Source: Spirochaetia bacterium (GTDB lineage: Bacteria > Spirochaetota > Spirochaetia > SZUA-6 > Bin103). From it: a DNA stretch of 64,000 bases. How positions within the stretch are numbered: position 1 is the stretch's first letter; each line of letters starts with the position of its first letter. Location: the NCBI GenBank assembly GCA_965203905.1, contig CBDBDQ010000005.1, positions 3,648,001-3,712,000 of the forward strand. The letters run 5' to 3'. Shown in pieces: positions 28,248 through 38,986 of the stretch. The notes under the pieces are model-generated. The model was not told the DNA's origin, searched no databases, and saw only the letters and a program-made list of their open reading frames with translations. The position numbers and the translations under genes were made by a program.

Positions 28248-30305
28248 ATGGTCATGGTGGTGCTGCGAGCAGGTTGGAGTTGGCGCAATCCGGGTGCGGC
28301 GCTGGCGATCGTGTCGCTGCTGTGGGCCGGGGCCTGCGACGGCGGGCGAGCGGAGCGGTCAGCGGCCGCGGCCCACGACGAGCGGGTGCGTGAGGTTGCC
28401 GTGCCGATGCAACTCTACGGAGTGTATGACCGGGATGTCGCGGTTGGAGAGGATCCTTCGCAACTGACGATTCCGCCGGGCATTCTCGACTCGTCGTGGA
28501 TCCGGGAACTGCGTGCGCAGCAGCTCGCCGCGGTCGCTCACCTGGACGTGTTCCATGATTTCGCATTCCAGGACCGCCTGCCGGAGAGCGGCATCTCTTT
28601 CCAGCACCGGATCGTCGAGGACGCGGGCAGGATCTACAAGGCGGTGCATTACGATCACGGCAACGGCCTCGCGGTGGCCGATGTCGACGGCGACGGCCTG
28701 ACCGACATCTACTTCACCACCCAGTTGGGCGGCAACCAGCTCTGGCGCAACCTCGGGAATGGCCGCTTCGAAGACTGGACGGAGCGTTCCGGGGTAGCCG
28801 TCGCGGACCGCATCGGCGTGTCGGCGTCGTTCGCCGACACCGACAACGACGGCGACGCCGATCTCTACGTGACCACCGTGCGCGGCGGCAACCTGCTGCT
28901 GGAGAACGACGGCCGCGGCGTGTTCCGGGACGTTTCCCGCAGATCGGGGCTCGACTACGTGGGGCACTCGTCCGCCGCCGTCTTCTTCGACTACGACCGG
29001 GATGGGCGCCTCGACCTGTTTCTCGCCAACGTCGGGACCTACACCACCGACCGCGTGGGCCCGGGCGGATACTACGTGGGGCACGTGGATGCGTTCGACA
29101 ACCACCTGCTGCCGGAGGACTCCGAGCGCAGCATCCTGTTCCGGAACCTGGGCCGCAACCGCTTTGCCGACGTGTCCGAGCAGGTCGGCTTGGTGGATAC
29201 CGGTTGGAGCGGCGACGCCCATCCGCTCGACGGCAACGGGGACGGCTGGCCGGACCTCTACGTGCTCAACATGCAGGGGCACGACGAGTACTGGGAGAGC
29301 GTCGCCGGAGAGCGCTTCATCCGCCGCGGCCGCGAGCTGTTTCCGCGCACGCCCTTCGGCGCCATGGGCATCGGCGTGTTCGACTACGACAACGACGGCG
29401 CCATGGACATCTTCGTCACCGACATGCACACCGACATGATGGATGGAGAGCCGTTTCAGGAATACGTCGCCGAGCTGGAGAAGGCGAAGCTGCGGCCGGA
29501 GCATCGTCCGCCGGCGGGGGCGCTGGGGACCGACGGCAACCACGTGTGGGGCAACGCCCTGTTCCACAACGACGGCAGCGGCAGCTTCAGCGAGGTCTCC
29601 GACGCGCTCAACGTGGAGAATTACTGGCCGTGGGGGCTCAGCATTGGCGATCTCAACGCGGACGGTTACGAGGACCTGTTCATCGCCTCCAGCATGAACT
29701 TCCCGTTTCGCTACGCGGTCAACTCGCTGCTGCTGAACGATGCCGGCAAGCGCTTCGTCGACAGCGAGTTCATCCTCGGGGTGGAGCCGCGGCGCGATGG
29801 TCGTACCGCAAAGCCGTGGTTCACGCTCGACTGCTCCGGCCGCGACCGGCTGCACCAGGTGTGCCGCACGCGGGATGGGGAGTACACCGTCTGGGGCGCA
29901 CTGGGATCGCGCTCCTCGGCGATCTTCGACCTGGACGCCGACGGGGACCTGGACATCGTCACCAACGACTTCAACTCGGAGCCGATGGTGCTGGTGAGCG
30001 ACCTGGCCCAGCGTACCGCGGTGCGCTGGCTGAAGGTGACCCTGGTCGGCCGCGCCTCGAACCGCGACGGTCTCGGCGCCCGCGTCGCGGTGACCACCGA
30101 CGGGCACACTCTGACCAGGTACCAGTCCGGCAAGTCGGGTTACCTGGCGCAGAGCCGCCTGCCGCTCTACTTCGGACTGGGCGGATCGCATGAGGTGCGT
30201 TCCATCGAGGTGCTCTGGCCCTCCGGCAGGCGGCAGCGGATCGAGGGGCCGATCGCGACGAACCAGCACCTCGTGGTGACCGAACCGCGCGGTCGCAGCC
30301 GGTGA
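28248..30305 (+). CDS. CRTAC1-like FG-GAP/ASPIC-UnbV protein, probable lipoprotein
   Basis: LLWAGAC lipobox-like signal; DVDGDG, DTDNDG and DYDNDG repeats; SNRDGLGARV...YFGLG...LWPSG. Start approximate. Confidence 0.85.
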   Translation: MVMVVLRAGWSWRNPGAALAIVSLLWAGACDGGRAERSAAAAHDERVREVAVPMQLYGVYDRDVAVGEDPSQLTIPPGILDSSWIRELRAQQLAAVAHLDVFHDFAFQDRLPESGISFQHRIVEDAGRIYKAVHYDHGNGLAVADVDGDGLTDIYFTTQLGGNQLWRNLGNGRFEDWTERSGVAVADRIGVSASFADTDNDGDADLYVTTVRGGNLLLENDGRGVFRDVSRRSGLDYVGHSSAAVFFDYDRDGRLDLFLANVGTYTTDRVGPGGYYVGHVDAFDNHLLPEDSERSILFRNLGRNRFADVSEQVGLVDTGWSGDAHPLDGNGDGWPDLYVLNMQGHDEYWESVAGERFIRRGRELFPRTPFGAMGIGVFDYDNDGAMDIFVTDMHTDMMDGEPFQEYVAELEKAKLRPEHRPPAGALGTDGNHVWGNALFHNDGSGSFSEVSDALNVENYWPWGLSIGDLNADGYEDLFIASSMNFPFRYAVNSLLLNDAGKRFVDSEFILGVEPRRDGRTAKPWFTLDCSGRDRLHQVCRTRDGEYTVWGALGSRSSAIFDLDADGDLDIVTNDFNSEPMVLVSDLAQRTAVRWLKVTLVGRASNRDGLGARVAVTTDGHTLTRYQSGKSGYLAQSRLPLYFGLGGSHEVRSIEVLWPSGRRQRIEGPIATNQHLVVTEPRGRSR

Positions 30306-30330
30306 GCGCCTGAAGCGCCGGCGCGGGGAC

Positions 30331-31776
30331 TCAGTGCTGGAGGTACACCGCGTAGAGGCGGACGTCCTCCGGTCGCACGCCGCTGAAGTCGACCCGGATC
30401 CTGACCGCGGCGTCCGACGCGAGGTCCTTGCGCGCGCCCCACTCGACCTGCTGGCGCAAGCCGGAGCGGACCGGTCCGGTGCAGTTGGCGGCTTCGTATC
30501 CGGCGATGCTCCGCAGCTGCTCGTCGAGAACCGAGACGCGCACGCGGGCATGCTCGGAGAGTCCGTCGACGTTCAGCGCGACGCGCGCCGGACGGCCCTG
30601 CAGCTCGATCGGCTGGGAGATGCAGAATGCGGCGTCGTCCCGCTCCGCGTAGGCCTCGAAGCTGCCCAGGCGGTCGCGCGGCCATACCGCGAGGCGCACG
30701 CCGTCGCTGTCGTCCTCCGGCCACGGAGAGTACCAGAACAGGGTCTCGTCGCCGATGTTCTCGAATCCCTGCCCCTGGATCAGGGCCGGGAAACGCACCG
30801 CGGCATCCTTCTTCTGCCAGCCGATCTCGGAGGCATCGACCAGCGCAAAGTCGGGAATCGGCTCCCGGAAGTGCAGCGCGTCGTGGCTCACCACGAGCCC
30901 GAGGTTCATGCGCGTGAGGCGCCGGTCGTTGGAGGGGTGGCCATCCCACATGCCGTACACGCCGACCAGCGTGTTGCCGCGGTTCCACAGCGCCGCGCCG
31001 AGATGCACCTGCGGTCCGTCGTTGTCCCCGTACCGACTCGGACGCGGCGGCAGCGGGTCGCGGCGGAAGCCCAGGCAGGAGGCCGGCGACCAGGTCTCGA
31101 AGTCGTAGGAGAGGTGGGTGAACAACACCCGCACGTAGCCCTTGGGAGACCAGTGACCGCCGTCCTGTCCGGTCACGTACCAGGCGCCGTTGAACCTGGT
31201 GCCGCCGGAGGGCTCGATGATCGGCCCCCGCGGGTTCCCCGGATGCATGCTCCAGGAGAGGCCGTCGGCGCTGAACCCCACCGCCAGGCGCTGGCGGTAG
31301 CGGCGCGCCTCCACCACCATCTTGAAGCGCCGCCCTGGATCGGGGTCGTCCGGCTCGTGGAATACCACGCAGCCGGTCACCAAGTCATCGAAACCGAGGT
31401 CGACGATATTGTTGTCCCGGGAGCCGTCGTATTCCACCAGGCCCAGGCGCGGCTTCCACCAGGTGTGGCCGTCCGTGCTCCGAGCCAGGCATACCTTCTG
31501 GTTCCATCTCTCGCCGCCGCGGTCGCCCATGCCGAGGTACCACATCCACAGCTCGTCGCCCACCCGCCGCACCGTGCCGTAGTAGGTGCAGATCACGTTG
31601 TCCGGAGCTCCCGGACCGCCGAGCCCGACCACTATGTTGGAGGACTGGTCGACCCACTTGCGAAACGAGTGCAAACGCAGCCGGAGGCCGCGCTGCAGGG
31701 GGATCGCGTAGTCGTCGAATGGGAACAGAACGACCTCGTTCAGGCTTTCCGTGTGACCGAGTCCCTTCACGATCAT
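30331..31776 (-). CDS. GH32-like beta-propeller protein
   Basis: LWMWY, CLARSTDGHTWWKP, SADGLSW, LAVWPRDRLG, LNVDG; GGAGG RBS before MIVKG. Confidence 0.65.
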   Translation of the reverse strand: MIVKGLGHTESLNEVVLFPFDDYAIPLQRGLRLRLHSFRKWVDQSSNIVVGLGGPGAPDNVICTYYGTVRRVGDELWMWYLGMGDRGGERWNQKVCLARSTDGHTWWKPRLGLVEYDGSRDNNIVDLGFDDLVTGCVVFHEPDDPDPGRRFKMVVEARRYRQRLAVGFSADGLSWSMHPGNPRGPIIEPSGGTRFNGAWYVTGQDGGHWSPKGYVRVLFTHLSYDFETWSPASCLGFRRDPLPPRPSRYGDNDGPQVHLGAALWNRGNTLVGVYGMWDGHPSNDRRLTRMNLGLVVSHDALHFREPIPDFALVDASEIGWQKKDAAVRFPALIQGQGFENIGDETLFWYSPWPEDDSDGVRLAVWPRDRLGSFEAYAERDDAAFCISQPIELQGRPARVALNVDGLSEHARVRVSVLDEQLRSIAGYEAANCTGPVRSGLRQQVEWGARKDLASDAAVRIRVDFSGVRPEDVRLYAVYLQH

Positions 31777-31850
31777 GGCAACCTCCGCCAGCGTGGTTGC
31801 CGCCACGATACCGTCGGCAGGCGGGGCGTGCTACACTCGGACGTACGGGC

Positions 31851-32831
31851 ATGAGTGAGACGCTGCTGTCGGTGCGCGATCTCGACGTGTCGTACTACTC
31901 CTCCCGCGGCACGTTTCGCGCCTTGAACAAGGTGTCGGTCGACATCGGCTACGGCGAGATGTTCGCCGTGGTGGGGGAGACCGGCTGCGGCAAGTCGACC
32001 TTCGGCTCCGCCATCCCGCGCCTGCTGCCGTTTCCGGGGGAGGTGGACGGCGGCGAGATCGTCCTGGAGGGCGAGAATCTCCTCACCAAGAGCGAGGAGG
32101 AGATGCGCGAAGTGCGGCGCCACAAGGTCGCGGTCATCTTTCAGGACGCCACCGCCTCGCTCAACCCGGTATTCAGAATCGGCCAGCAGCTCGCATCCAG
32201 CATCCAGGCTGCCAGCCGGCTCGGTTCCCGGGAGACCAGGACGGAAGTGGTGCGCATGTTGTCCGAGGTGGGCATCGCCGATGCCGCCAAGGTGGCGCGC
32301 CAGTACCCGCACGAGCTGAGCGGGGGCATGCGGCAGCGGGTGGTGATCGCGATCGCCCTGGCGCGCAGCCCGCGGCTGCTGATAGCCGACGAGCCCACGT
32401 CCAACCTGGACGTCACGATCCAGGCGCAGATCGTGGACCTGATCATGGCGCTGCGCGAGCGCATGCGCATGTCGATCATCCTCATCGCCCACAGCATGGG
32501 CCTGGTGGCCCAGACCTGCGACCGCGTCGGCGTCATGTACGCCGGCAACCTGGTGGAGGTCGGCAGCACGGTCGACGTGTTCAAGGAGCCGCAGCACCCC
32601 TACACCCGCGGCCTGCTCGAAGTGGCCGCGCTCACCGAGGAAGAGGGGCAACTCCGCACCATCCCCGGGGTGGTGCAGATTGCGCATACCAGGGAGGAGC
32701 GCTGCAGCTTCTCCGAACGCTGCGGTCTGGCCCGCAGCCGGCCGAGCGAAGCGCAGGTGTGCGTGGAGCAGCGGCCCGGCCTGCGGGAGACCGGGGACGG
32801 GCATCGCGTCGCCTGCCACCTGTACGCCTGA
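31851..32831 (+). CDS. dppD: peptide ABC transporter ATPase DppD/OppD
   Basis: [35 protein letters not shown]. Confidence 0.95.
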   Translation: MSETLLSVRDLDVSYYSSRGTFRALNKVSVDIGYGEMFAVVGETGCGKSTFGSAIPRLLPFPGEVDGGEIVLEGENLLTKSEEEMREVRRHKVAVIFQDATASLNPVFRIGQQLASSIQAASRLGSRETRTEVVRMLSEVGIADAAKVARQYPHELSGGMRQRVVIAIALARSPRLLIADEPTSNLDVTIQAQIVDLIMALRERMRMSIILIAHSMGLVAQTCDRVGVMYAGNLVEVGSTVDVFKEPQHPYTRGLLEVAALTEEEGQLRTIPGVVQIAHTREERCSFSERCGLARSRPSEAQVCVEQRPGLRETGDGHRVACHLYA

Positions 32832-32837
32832 ATCGCC

Positions 32838-33962
32838 ATGCCGCGGCCAGCTTCCCAGGACCCCCGCCCCGACCACGACCCCGCGCGGCCGCGGCGCGGC
32901 AGGCTCGACCCCGCTGACTCCAGCTCCTCGGCGAGCCAGCCCGGCAAGCTCCTGGAGGTGCGCAATCTCACGAAGCACTTCCCGATCAAGGAGGGAATCC
33001 TGCAGCGCGTGCGGTCACACGTCCGCGCCGTCGACGGGGTGAGCTTTGCCATCGAGCGGGGCCGCACGCTCGGACTGGTCGGCGAGAGCGGCTGCGGCAA
33101 GACCACCTGCGGCCGCTGTGTGACCGGCATCCACGAGCCGACCGGCGGCGAGATCGAGTTCGACGGACGACCCACCGCCGGGCTCACCCGCAGGCAGATG
33201 GGCGCCCGCATGCAGATCGTGTTCCAGGACCCGTATTCCTCGCTCAATCCGCGCAAGACCATCCACCAGATCCTGAGCGATCCGTTCAGGATCCACATGG
33301 AGCTCACGGAAGCCCAGATCCGCGAGCGGGTCGTGCACCTGCTGCAGCGCGTCGGGCTGGAGGAGGAGCACCTCGACCGGTATCCGTACGAGTTCAGCGG
33401 CGGGCAGCGGCAGCGTATCGCCATCGCGCGCGCCATCGCGGTGAACCCGGCGTTCCTGTTCCTTGATGAACCGACCTCGGCACTCGATGTCTCGGTGCAG
33501 GGGCAGATTCTCAACCTGCTGCGGGCGATCCAGGACGAGTTCGACCTCGCCTACCTGTTCGTGACCCATGACATCCAGGTGGTCAGGTACATGGCCGACG
33601 ACGTCGCGGTGATGTATCTCGGCAAGATCATGGAGACAGGTCCCAAGGAAACGATATTCGACGACCCGCGCCACCCCTATACCAAGGCGCTGTTCTCCGC
33701 GGTCCCGGTGCCGGATCCGGAGTCGAAGTCCGCCCGCATCGTGCTGCAGGGCGAGACGCCAACTCCCATCGACCCACCCGCCGGCTGTCGCTTCAACCAG
33801 CGCTGCTGGGCCGCGGAGCCCGGTCGCTGCGACGTAGACGAGCCCGCCCTGCTGGCGCCAGCCAACGCCTCCGCCGCGGCCGGCCGGCACCGGGTTGCCT
33901 GTCACTTCCGAGACCAGGACCTGCGACCCGCAAGCGGCTCGATCAGCCTCGGCAGCGCGTGA
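32838..33962 (+). CDS. dppF: peptide ABC transporter ATPase DppF/OppF
   Basis: [38 protein letters not shown]. Confidence 0.95.
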   Translation: MPRPASQDPRPDHDPARPRRGRLDPADSSSSASQPGKLLEVRNLTKHFPIKEGILQRVRSHVRAVDGVSFAIERGRTLGLVGESGCGKTTCGRCVTGIHEPTGGEIEFDGRPTAGLTRRQMGARMQIVFQDPYSSLNPRKTIHQILSDPFRIHMELTEAQIRERVVHLLQRVGLEEEHLDRYPYEFSGGQRQRIAIARAIAVNPAFLFLDEPTSALDVSVQGQILNLLRAIQDEFDLAYLFVTHDIQVVRYMADDVAVMYLGKIMETGPKETIFDDPRHPYTKALFSAVPVPDPESKSARIVLQGETPTPIDPPAGCRFNQRCWAAEPGRCDVDEPALLAPANASAAAGRHRVACHFRDQDLRPASGSISLGSA

Positions 33963-33980
33963 TATGGTGCGTGCTTGGCC

Positions 33981-35096
33981 ATGATCATCGACAGCCATGC
34001 GCATGCCGGGGTGCGCTCGGAGCTCGACTGGGACTTCGCATCCGTCGCGGAGCACCGGGCGTATGACCAGCGGCTGCTGTGGACCCGGCTGAACATCGGC
34101 CGCAAGCTGGAGGTGCGGCGCTGGGACGACGACAGCGTGGTCGAGGACGGATGGGCGACGCTCTGGGATCCCCGGTATCCGACCAGCTGGGAGGGCCGGC
34201 GCGACGTCAACCTGAGGATCGCGGTGGAGAAGGCCGACGAGTGGCACGCCAATCACCTGCCGCCCACGTTTGCGTGGGAGTACGACGGCCAGCAATACTA
34301 CGCCGCGGGACCGCTGGTCCTGTCGCACCTGAAGGCGGCCCCGCCGGAGTTCCTGGTGCAACTCATGGACCAGGTCGGGATCGACAAGGCGGTGCTGCAT
34401 TGCCTCGATCCGCTCAACAAGTACTTCGCGCGTCTGATGCTGGAGTATCCGCAGCGCTTCATCGGCCTGTGCCGAATCGAGGAATCGACCGCGTACACCG
34501 ACAAGGGGCTGGAAGCGCTGCGGGTCGCGGTGGAAGACCTGGGGCTGATGGGGATGTATCACGAGCCACTGCCCGGCTGGGAGGGCTACGAGGACTTCCA
34601 CACCGACAAGTACGACCCATTCTGGCGCGAGGTGGAGCGGCTGCGGTTCCCGCTGTACCTGTTCGGCTGCTTCTACCGCACCTTCGACCAGGCACTGCCG
34701 CGGCTGCAGGCGCTGCTGAAGAAGTTCCCCGGCCTGACCATCATCCTGGTCCACGGCCTGCCGCCGTGGTACATCAAGGACGGCATCCCCGCCGCCGCCC
34801 GCGACCTGGTGCAGGATCACGACATCTACCTGGAGCTGCTGCCCAAGATCCTCTACTACGGCGAGCAGGACGAGATCATTCGGCGGGTGTTCGACACCTT
34901 CGGACCGGAGAAGCTCGTCTGGGGCTCCGAGTTCGTGACCTACAATGTCACCGGCCCTCCCTTCACCGCGGAGCGCTACCGGGAGCATCTCCGCTACCTG
35001 GAACGCCGCTGCGACTACCTGTCGCAGGACGACCTGGACCTGATTCTGGGTGGCAACCTGGATGCGGTCTTCAGCGCATACGGCGCCAGCCGCTAG
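33981..35096 (+). CDS. amidohydrolase_2 family protein, paralog of 24516-25610
   Basis: IIDSHAH, GIDKAVL, PQRFIG, KLVWGSEF, ILGGNL; aligns end to end with the paralog. Confidence 0.8.
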   Translation: MIIDSHAHAGVRSELDWDFASVAEHRAYDQRLLWTRLNIGRKLEVRRWDDDSVVEDGWATLWDPRYPTSWEGRRDVNLRIAVEKADEWHANHLPPTFAWEYDGQQYYAAGPLVLSHLKAAPPEFLVQLMDQVGIDKAVLHCLDPLNKYFARLMLEYPQRFIGLCRIEESTAYTDKGLEALRVAVEDLGLMGMYHEPLPGWEGYEDFHTDKYDPFWREVERLRFPLYLFGCFYRTFDQALPRLQALLKKFPGLTIILVHGLPPWYIKDGIPAAARDLVQDHDIYLELLPKILYYGEQDEIIRRVFDTFGPEKLVWGSEFVTYNVTGPPFTAERYREHLRYLERRCDYLSQDDLDLILGGNLDAVFSAYGASR

Positions 35097-35112
35097 GAGA
35101 ATCTGGGAAACG

Positions 35113-36576
35113 ATGTCGGATACGAAGGCCCTGCCAGTTTTCTCGGACAAGCAGTTGTTTCTGGACGACTACATCATCGATCGCCTGGAGGGCGTGTCGA
35201 GAAAGCTGAACCAGCCGCTCAAGGATCCCGGCAATCCACTCGTGGTGCGCGACAGGCCGTGGGAAGGAATGCTGATCATGCACGGCACGGTGCTCTACGA
35301 CCACGACGAGCGCATCTACAAGATGTGGTACCAGGACATTCTCAAGGAATTCGTCAGTGCCTCGCTGCCGTCGAGCAACGTCGCGATATGCTATGCAACC
35401 TCGCCCGACGGCATCCGCTGGGAGAAACCGGAGCTGGGGGTGTACGACTACTGCGGAGAGCACGACAACAACATCGTGTGGATGCCGCCGGCCTCGTATC
35501 CCACGCCGTGGATGGAGCCCGGAAGCATCATCAAGGACGCTGCCGAACCGGACCCTGAAAAACGCTACAAGACGGCCAACTGGATCTACTTCTTCCGCGA
35601 GTACAACCACGACTACGGCCCCAACTTCTACGTTTCCACCTCGCCCGACGGCATTCACTGGCACGGTCTGACCAACATCGTCGACCTGCCGTCCGGCGAT
35701 GCCGGCTACATCAGCTACGACCGGAACACCGGCCGGTACGTCGGCATAACCCGCAGCTATCCCAACCTGCCCGGGTTCGACGCTACCTGGATGCGGGCCC
35801 GGACCATCTGCTGGAGCGACGACCTGAAGACGTGGACCAGGCCGCAGCTCATTCTGGCGCCGGACGAGCACGACTCCCCCGACACCCAGTACTACAAGCT
35901 GTCGATGCAGGCGTACGAGGGCGTGTACATCGGGGTGCTGGCAATCTTTCGGACCGAAGCGCAGACCATCGACCAGCAACTGGTGACCAGCCGCGACGGC
36001 CGCATCTGGAGCCACGTCGCGGAGCGCCAGACGTTCCTGCCGCTCGGTCCTGAGGGGAGTTGGGACAGCAAGTTGATCATGACCGTCGCCCAGCCGCCCT
36101 TCGTGATCAAGGACGAGACCATCGCCATTTACTTCGACGGCGACGACCTCCGTCACGATGTCGCGATGCGCAACGTCGCCACCACCGGCAGCGACCGCGC
36201 CATCGGCCGGGCTACGCTCAGGCGCGACGGCTTCTGCTCGCTTGACGCGGGCAGCCGCGAGGGGACCTTCACCAGCAAGCCGTTCCTGTTCACCGGCAAC
36301 GCATTGGTCATCAACGCCGAGACCAGCGGCGAGGGCTACGTGGCGGCCGAGATTCTCGACGCCGCCGGCAACGTGATCGAGGGGCTGTCGCGGCACTTCT
36401 GCTACGAGTTCCGCGGCGACGAGGTGCGCCACGTGGTGGCCTGGAAGGCGAATCCGGAGGGCCGGGTCGAGGGCAAGATCGCCTACCTGGCCCGTTCGGC
36501 GATGGCCTGGGGGCGCGAGATCAGGCTGCGCCTCCACCTCAAGCAGGCCAAGCTGTATTCATTCCAGTTCGTGTAG
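35113..36576 (+). CDS. GH32-like five-bladed beta-propeller protein
   Basis: QLFLDD, YKMWY, CYATSPDGIRWEKP, SDDLKTWT, IGRATLRRDGF, INAE. Confidence 0.7.
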   Translation: MSDTKALPVFSDKQLFLDDYIIDRLEGVSRKLNQPLKDPGNPLVVRDRPWEGMLIMHGTVLYDHDERIYKMWYQDILKEFVSASLPSSNVAICYATSPDGIRWEKPELGVYDYCGEHDNNIVWMPPASYPTPWMEPGSIIKDAAEPDPEKRYKTANWIYFFREYNHDYGPNFYVSTSPDGIHWHGLTNIVDLPSGDAGYISYDRNTGRYVGITRSYPNLPGFDATWMRARTICWSDDLKTWTRPQLILAPDEHDSPDTQYYKLSMQAYEGVYIGVLAIFRTEAQTIDQQLVTSRDGRIWSHVAERQTFLPLGPEGSWDSKLIMTVAQPPFVIKDETIAIYFDGDDLRHDVAMRNVATTGSDRAIGRATLRRDGFCSLDAGSREGTFTSKPFLFTGNALVINAETSGEGYVAAEILDAAGNVIEGLSRHFCYEFRGDEVRHVVAWKANPEGRVEGKIAYLARSAMAWGREIRLRLHLKQAKLYSFQFV

Positions 36577-36591
36577 CGGAAGGGGGCGGCG

Positions 36592-36891
36592 GTGACCAAG
36601 GCTTACGTGTTGATTCGCACGTCGGTTCCCTACGAACCGACCCACTCGCAAAAGGTGGACGCCGAGCCGCAGGGCCCCGGCCTCTCTTCGTTGCGCGTCA
36701 TCGAGTCGCTGATGAAGGTCGGCGGGGTAGTGGACGCGACTCGCATCCTGCAGACCTCGGGCATCAAGGACCTGTTCGACGTGGTGGCGATCGTCGAGGC
36801 CGAGGATGCGGCCGAGATCCGGCGCATCGTGGCGGAACAGATCCAGCCGATCCACGGGGTGCGCTGGACCAACACCGCGATCCCGATCTAA
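36592..36891 (+). CDS. stand-alone Lrp/AsnC ligand-binding (RAM) domain protein
   Basis: KAYVLI...FDVVAIVEAED...IQPIHGVRWTNTAI pattern; no HTH. Confidence 0.7.
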   Translation: MTKAYVLIRTSVPYEPTHSQKVDAEPQGPGLSSLRVIESLMKVGGVVDATRILQTSGIKDLFDVVAIVEAEDAAEIRRIVAEQIQPIHGVRWTNTAIPI

Positions 36892-37784
36892 ACGCGTCCC
36901 GGAAACGAGCGCCCGCACACCTGCTTGAACGGCGGCATCTCGGGGGCGCCCACCACCGCGGGGTTGCGCCAGGTGGTGGCGCGCATGTAGTGGACGGCAT
37001 AGCCGCGGCGGCGCCGGCCCGAGGTGTTGGCGGAGCTGCTGTGCAGGACAAGGCTGTGGTGGAAGCTGACGCTGCCGGGGTGCAGCGGCACGTGCACGAT
37101 CGGCCATGCCTCGCCGCCGAGGTCGGCGTCGAACGGTTCCACGTCGTCGGGACGGATGCCGGCGTGCGGCTCCTTGCCGACCAGCCGGCCCCAGCGGTGG
37201 GTGCCGGGGACGAAGCGCAGGCAGCCGTTCTCCTCGGTGGCATGGTCGATGGCGGTCCAGGCCGTCACCAGGTCCATCGGAAACATGTCGCACCAGGAGG
37301 CAGAGTCCTGGTGCCAGGGAATCGCCGAGCCCCGCTCCGGCGGCTTCATGAAAAGCTGGTCGCCGTACATCTTGATGTCGTCGGTAGCGAGCAGGTCCCT
37401 GACTACCTCCACGATCTTGACGTTGGTGGCGTGGCGCCACATGACGGCGTCGCGCACCGCCAGGTTGAACAGCTTGAAGATCGATAGCACGCGCTCCCGC
37501 TCGCGTTCAGATTCCGCCGCGGTCTCGTAGCCCTCCTCGAACCAGGTGCTGTCCTCCGGGATGTGGCCCGCCTTCCCGGCCGCGATCAGGTCGCTGTGGC
37601 GTCGCAGGCGCTCCACTTCCTCCATGCCGAGCAGGTCCTCGACCACGAGGAACCCATCGATCCTGAACCGGGCGACCTGGTCGGCGGTCAGCCGATTCAG
37701 TGCCACCGGCGGTGAACCCGGTAGTGCCGTCTGCGCGTTTCTACCATCGAACATTGGTTTACCACCGGTGCCGTGGTATAGCAA
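36888..37784 (-). CDS. PhyH-family dioxygenase
   Basis: FRIDGFLVVEDLL, FMKPP, WHQD, ENGCLRFVPGTH, FHHSLVLHSS, RRRGYAVHY; start uncertain. Confidence 0.9.
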   Translation of the reverse strand: MLYHGTGGKPMFDGRNAQTALPGSPPVALNRLTADQVARFRIDGFLVVEDLLGMEEVERLRRHSDLIAAGKAGHIPEDSTWFEEGYETAAESERERERVLSIFKLFNLAVRDAVMWRHATNVKIVEVVRDLLATDDIKMYGDQLFMKPPERGSAIPWHQDSASWCDMFPMDLVTAWTAIDHATEENGCLRFVPGTHRWGRLVGKEPHAGIRPDDVEPFDADLGGEAWPIVHVPLHPGSVSFHHSLVLHSSSANTSGRRRRGYAVHYMRATTWRNPAVVGAPEMPPFKQVCGRSFPGRV

Positions 37785-37814
37785 CAGTCCGCCACGACAC
37801 CGATCAACTGGCGG

Positions 37815-37849
37815 TTGACGTGACTATCTGATGGCCATAATATGGTCAC
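37815..37849 (+). promoter_or_regulatory. leaderless TA promoter with operator inverted repeat
   Basis: TTGACG(37815)-17-TAATAT(37838)-6-ATG; GTGACTAT...ATGGTCAC inverted repeat at 37820-37849. Confidence 0.7.
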
Positions 37850-38092
37850 ATGCGTGGGATCACCATTGCCAGGCTCAAGGCAACGTTGAGCGCCGAGCTG
37901 CGGCGAGTCCGCGCGGGCGAGCGGGTCACGGTGCTCGATCGCACCACGCCGGTGGCGCTGCTGGTGCCGATTCCCGACGCGGTTCGGGTAGTGCGGGCCG
38001 CCGAGGGCCCCTATTCCTACCGGCAACTGCAGCCCCTAATGGCGCGCGATCCGTTGCGGCACCTTGACGAGGAGCGGGCCGAAGCGTGGTAG
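37850..38092 (+). CDS. Phd/YefM antitoxin
   Basis: LKATLSAELRRVRAGERVTVLDRTTPVALLVP. Confidence 0.85.
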   Translation: MRGITIARLKATLSAELRRVRAGERVTVLDRTTPVALLVPIPDAVRVVRAAEGPYSYRQLQPLMARDPLRHLDEERAEAW

Positions 38093-38499
38093 CGTACCTT
38101 GACTCTTCAGTTTTGCTGCGTCACATCCTGCTGGGTGAGGAGCCGATCAGGCATGCCCTGGCGTTCCCGCGCGTGGTGTCGAGCGAGCTGATCGAGATCG
38201 AGTGCCGGCGGGTGCTGCACCGCTGCCGCCTCGCCGGCGAGTTCGACGACGAGGCCCTGGCGGTGGCGCGCGAGCGGCTGGACGCCGTGCTGGCCGGGAT
38301 CGATCTCCTGGAGCTGTCGGCGCAGATCAAGCAGCGGGCGATGGATCCGTTTCCCGTACACGTGCGCACCCTCGACGCGCTGCACATCGCGACTGTCCTC
38401 GCGGTGGCGGCGGACGGCGGTGGGACCGCACTGTTCTCACACGACAAGGGTATGAACGTGTGCGCCAGAAGTCTCGGCATCACGGCAGCCTTGGCCTGA
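38086..38499 (+). CDS. vapC: VapC PIN-domain toxin
   Basis: YLDSSVL, IEIE, RTLDALHIAT, SHD; overlaps the antitoxin gene. Confidence 0.88.
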   Translation: MVAYLDSSVLLRHILLGEEPIRHALAFPRVVSSELIEIECRRVLHRCRLAGEFDDEALAVARERLDAVLAGIDLLELSAQIKQRAMDPFPVHVRTLDALHIATVLAVAADGGGTALFSHDKGMNVCARSLGITAALA

Positions 38500-38546
38500 T
38501 CAGCCCTGGCCGATGGCCGCGGTGGACGGCTTCGATCGAAGTTGGA

Positions 38547-38984
38547 TCACTCCGGCGAATCTGGCCCGGGCGGTCGCGGCGCAGCAGGTTCCATGACCGT
38601 CAGTTCGCTGAAGTAATCGCGCAGATAGCCACGATCACGGGCCAACAGGCGGTCGGCGTGGACCTGCGCGTGGGCACCGATGAGAAAGTCCGGCACGACC
38701 CGCCCCGTGGTTCCTCCGCGTTCCAGGTACCGCGCAAAGTGCTGGCCGGCCAACACCGCGGCTGCCTCGCTGCCGGGCACGAACTCGATGCCGAGATCGC
38801 GGAGCATCTCGGTCAACTCCGTGTCCGACTGCAGTGCAGGTCTGGTTTCCGCGACAACGCATTCGCAGACGATGAGGCGGCCCTCGCGTCGGGCACGCCG
38901 CAGGGCCTCCACGGAAGCAGTCGCGTGCAGCGCGTCGTCAGTGATGACGTCGAGCACCACCGAGGTATCTACTGCGGTGGTCAT
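38547..38984 (-). CDS. vapC: VapC PIN-domain toxin
   Basis: AVDTSVVLD, VVAE, PDFLIGAHA, LLARDRG. Confidence 0.88.
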   Translation of the reverse strand: MTTAVDTSVVLDVITDDALHATASVEALRRARREGRLIVCECVVAETRPALQSDTELTEMLRDLGIEFVPGSEAAAVLAGQHFARYLERGGTTGRVVPDFLIGAHAQVHADRLLARDRGYLRDYFSELTVMEPAAPRPPGPDSPE

Positions 38985-38986
38985 TT

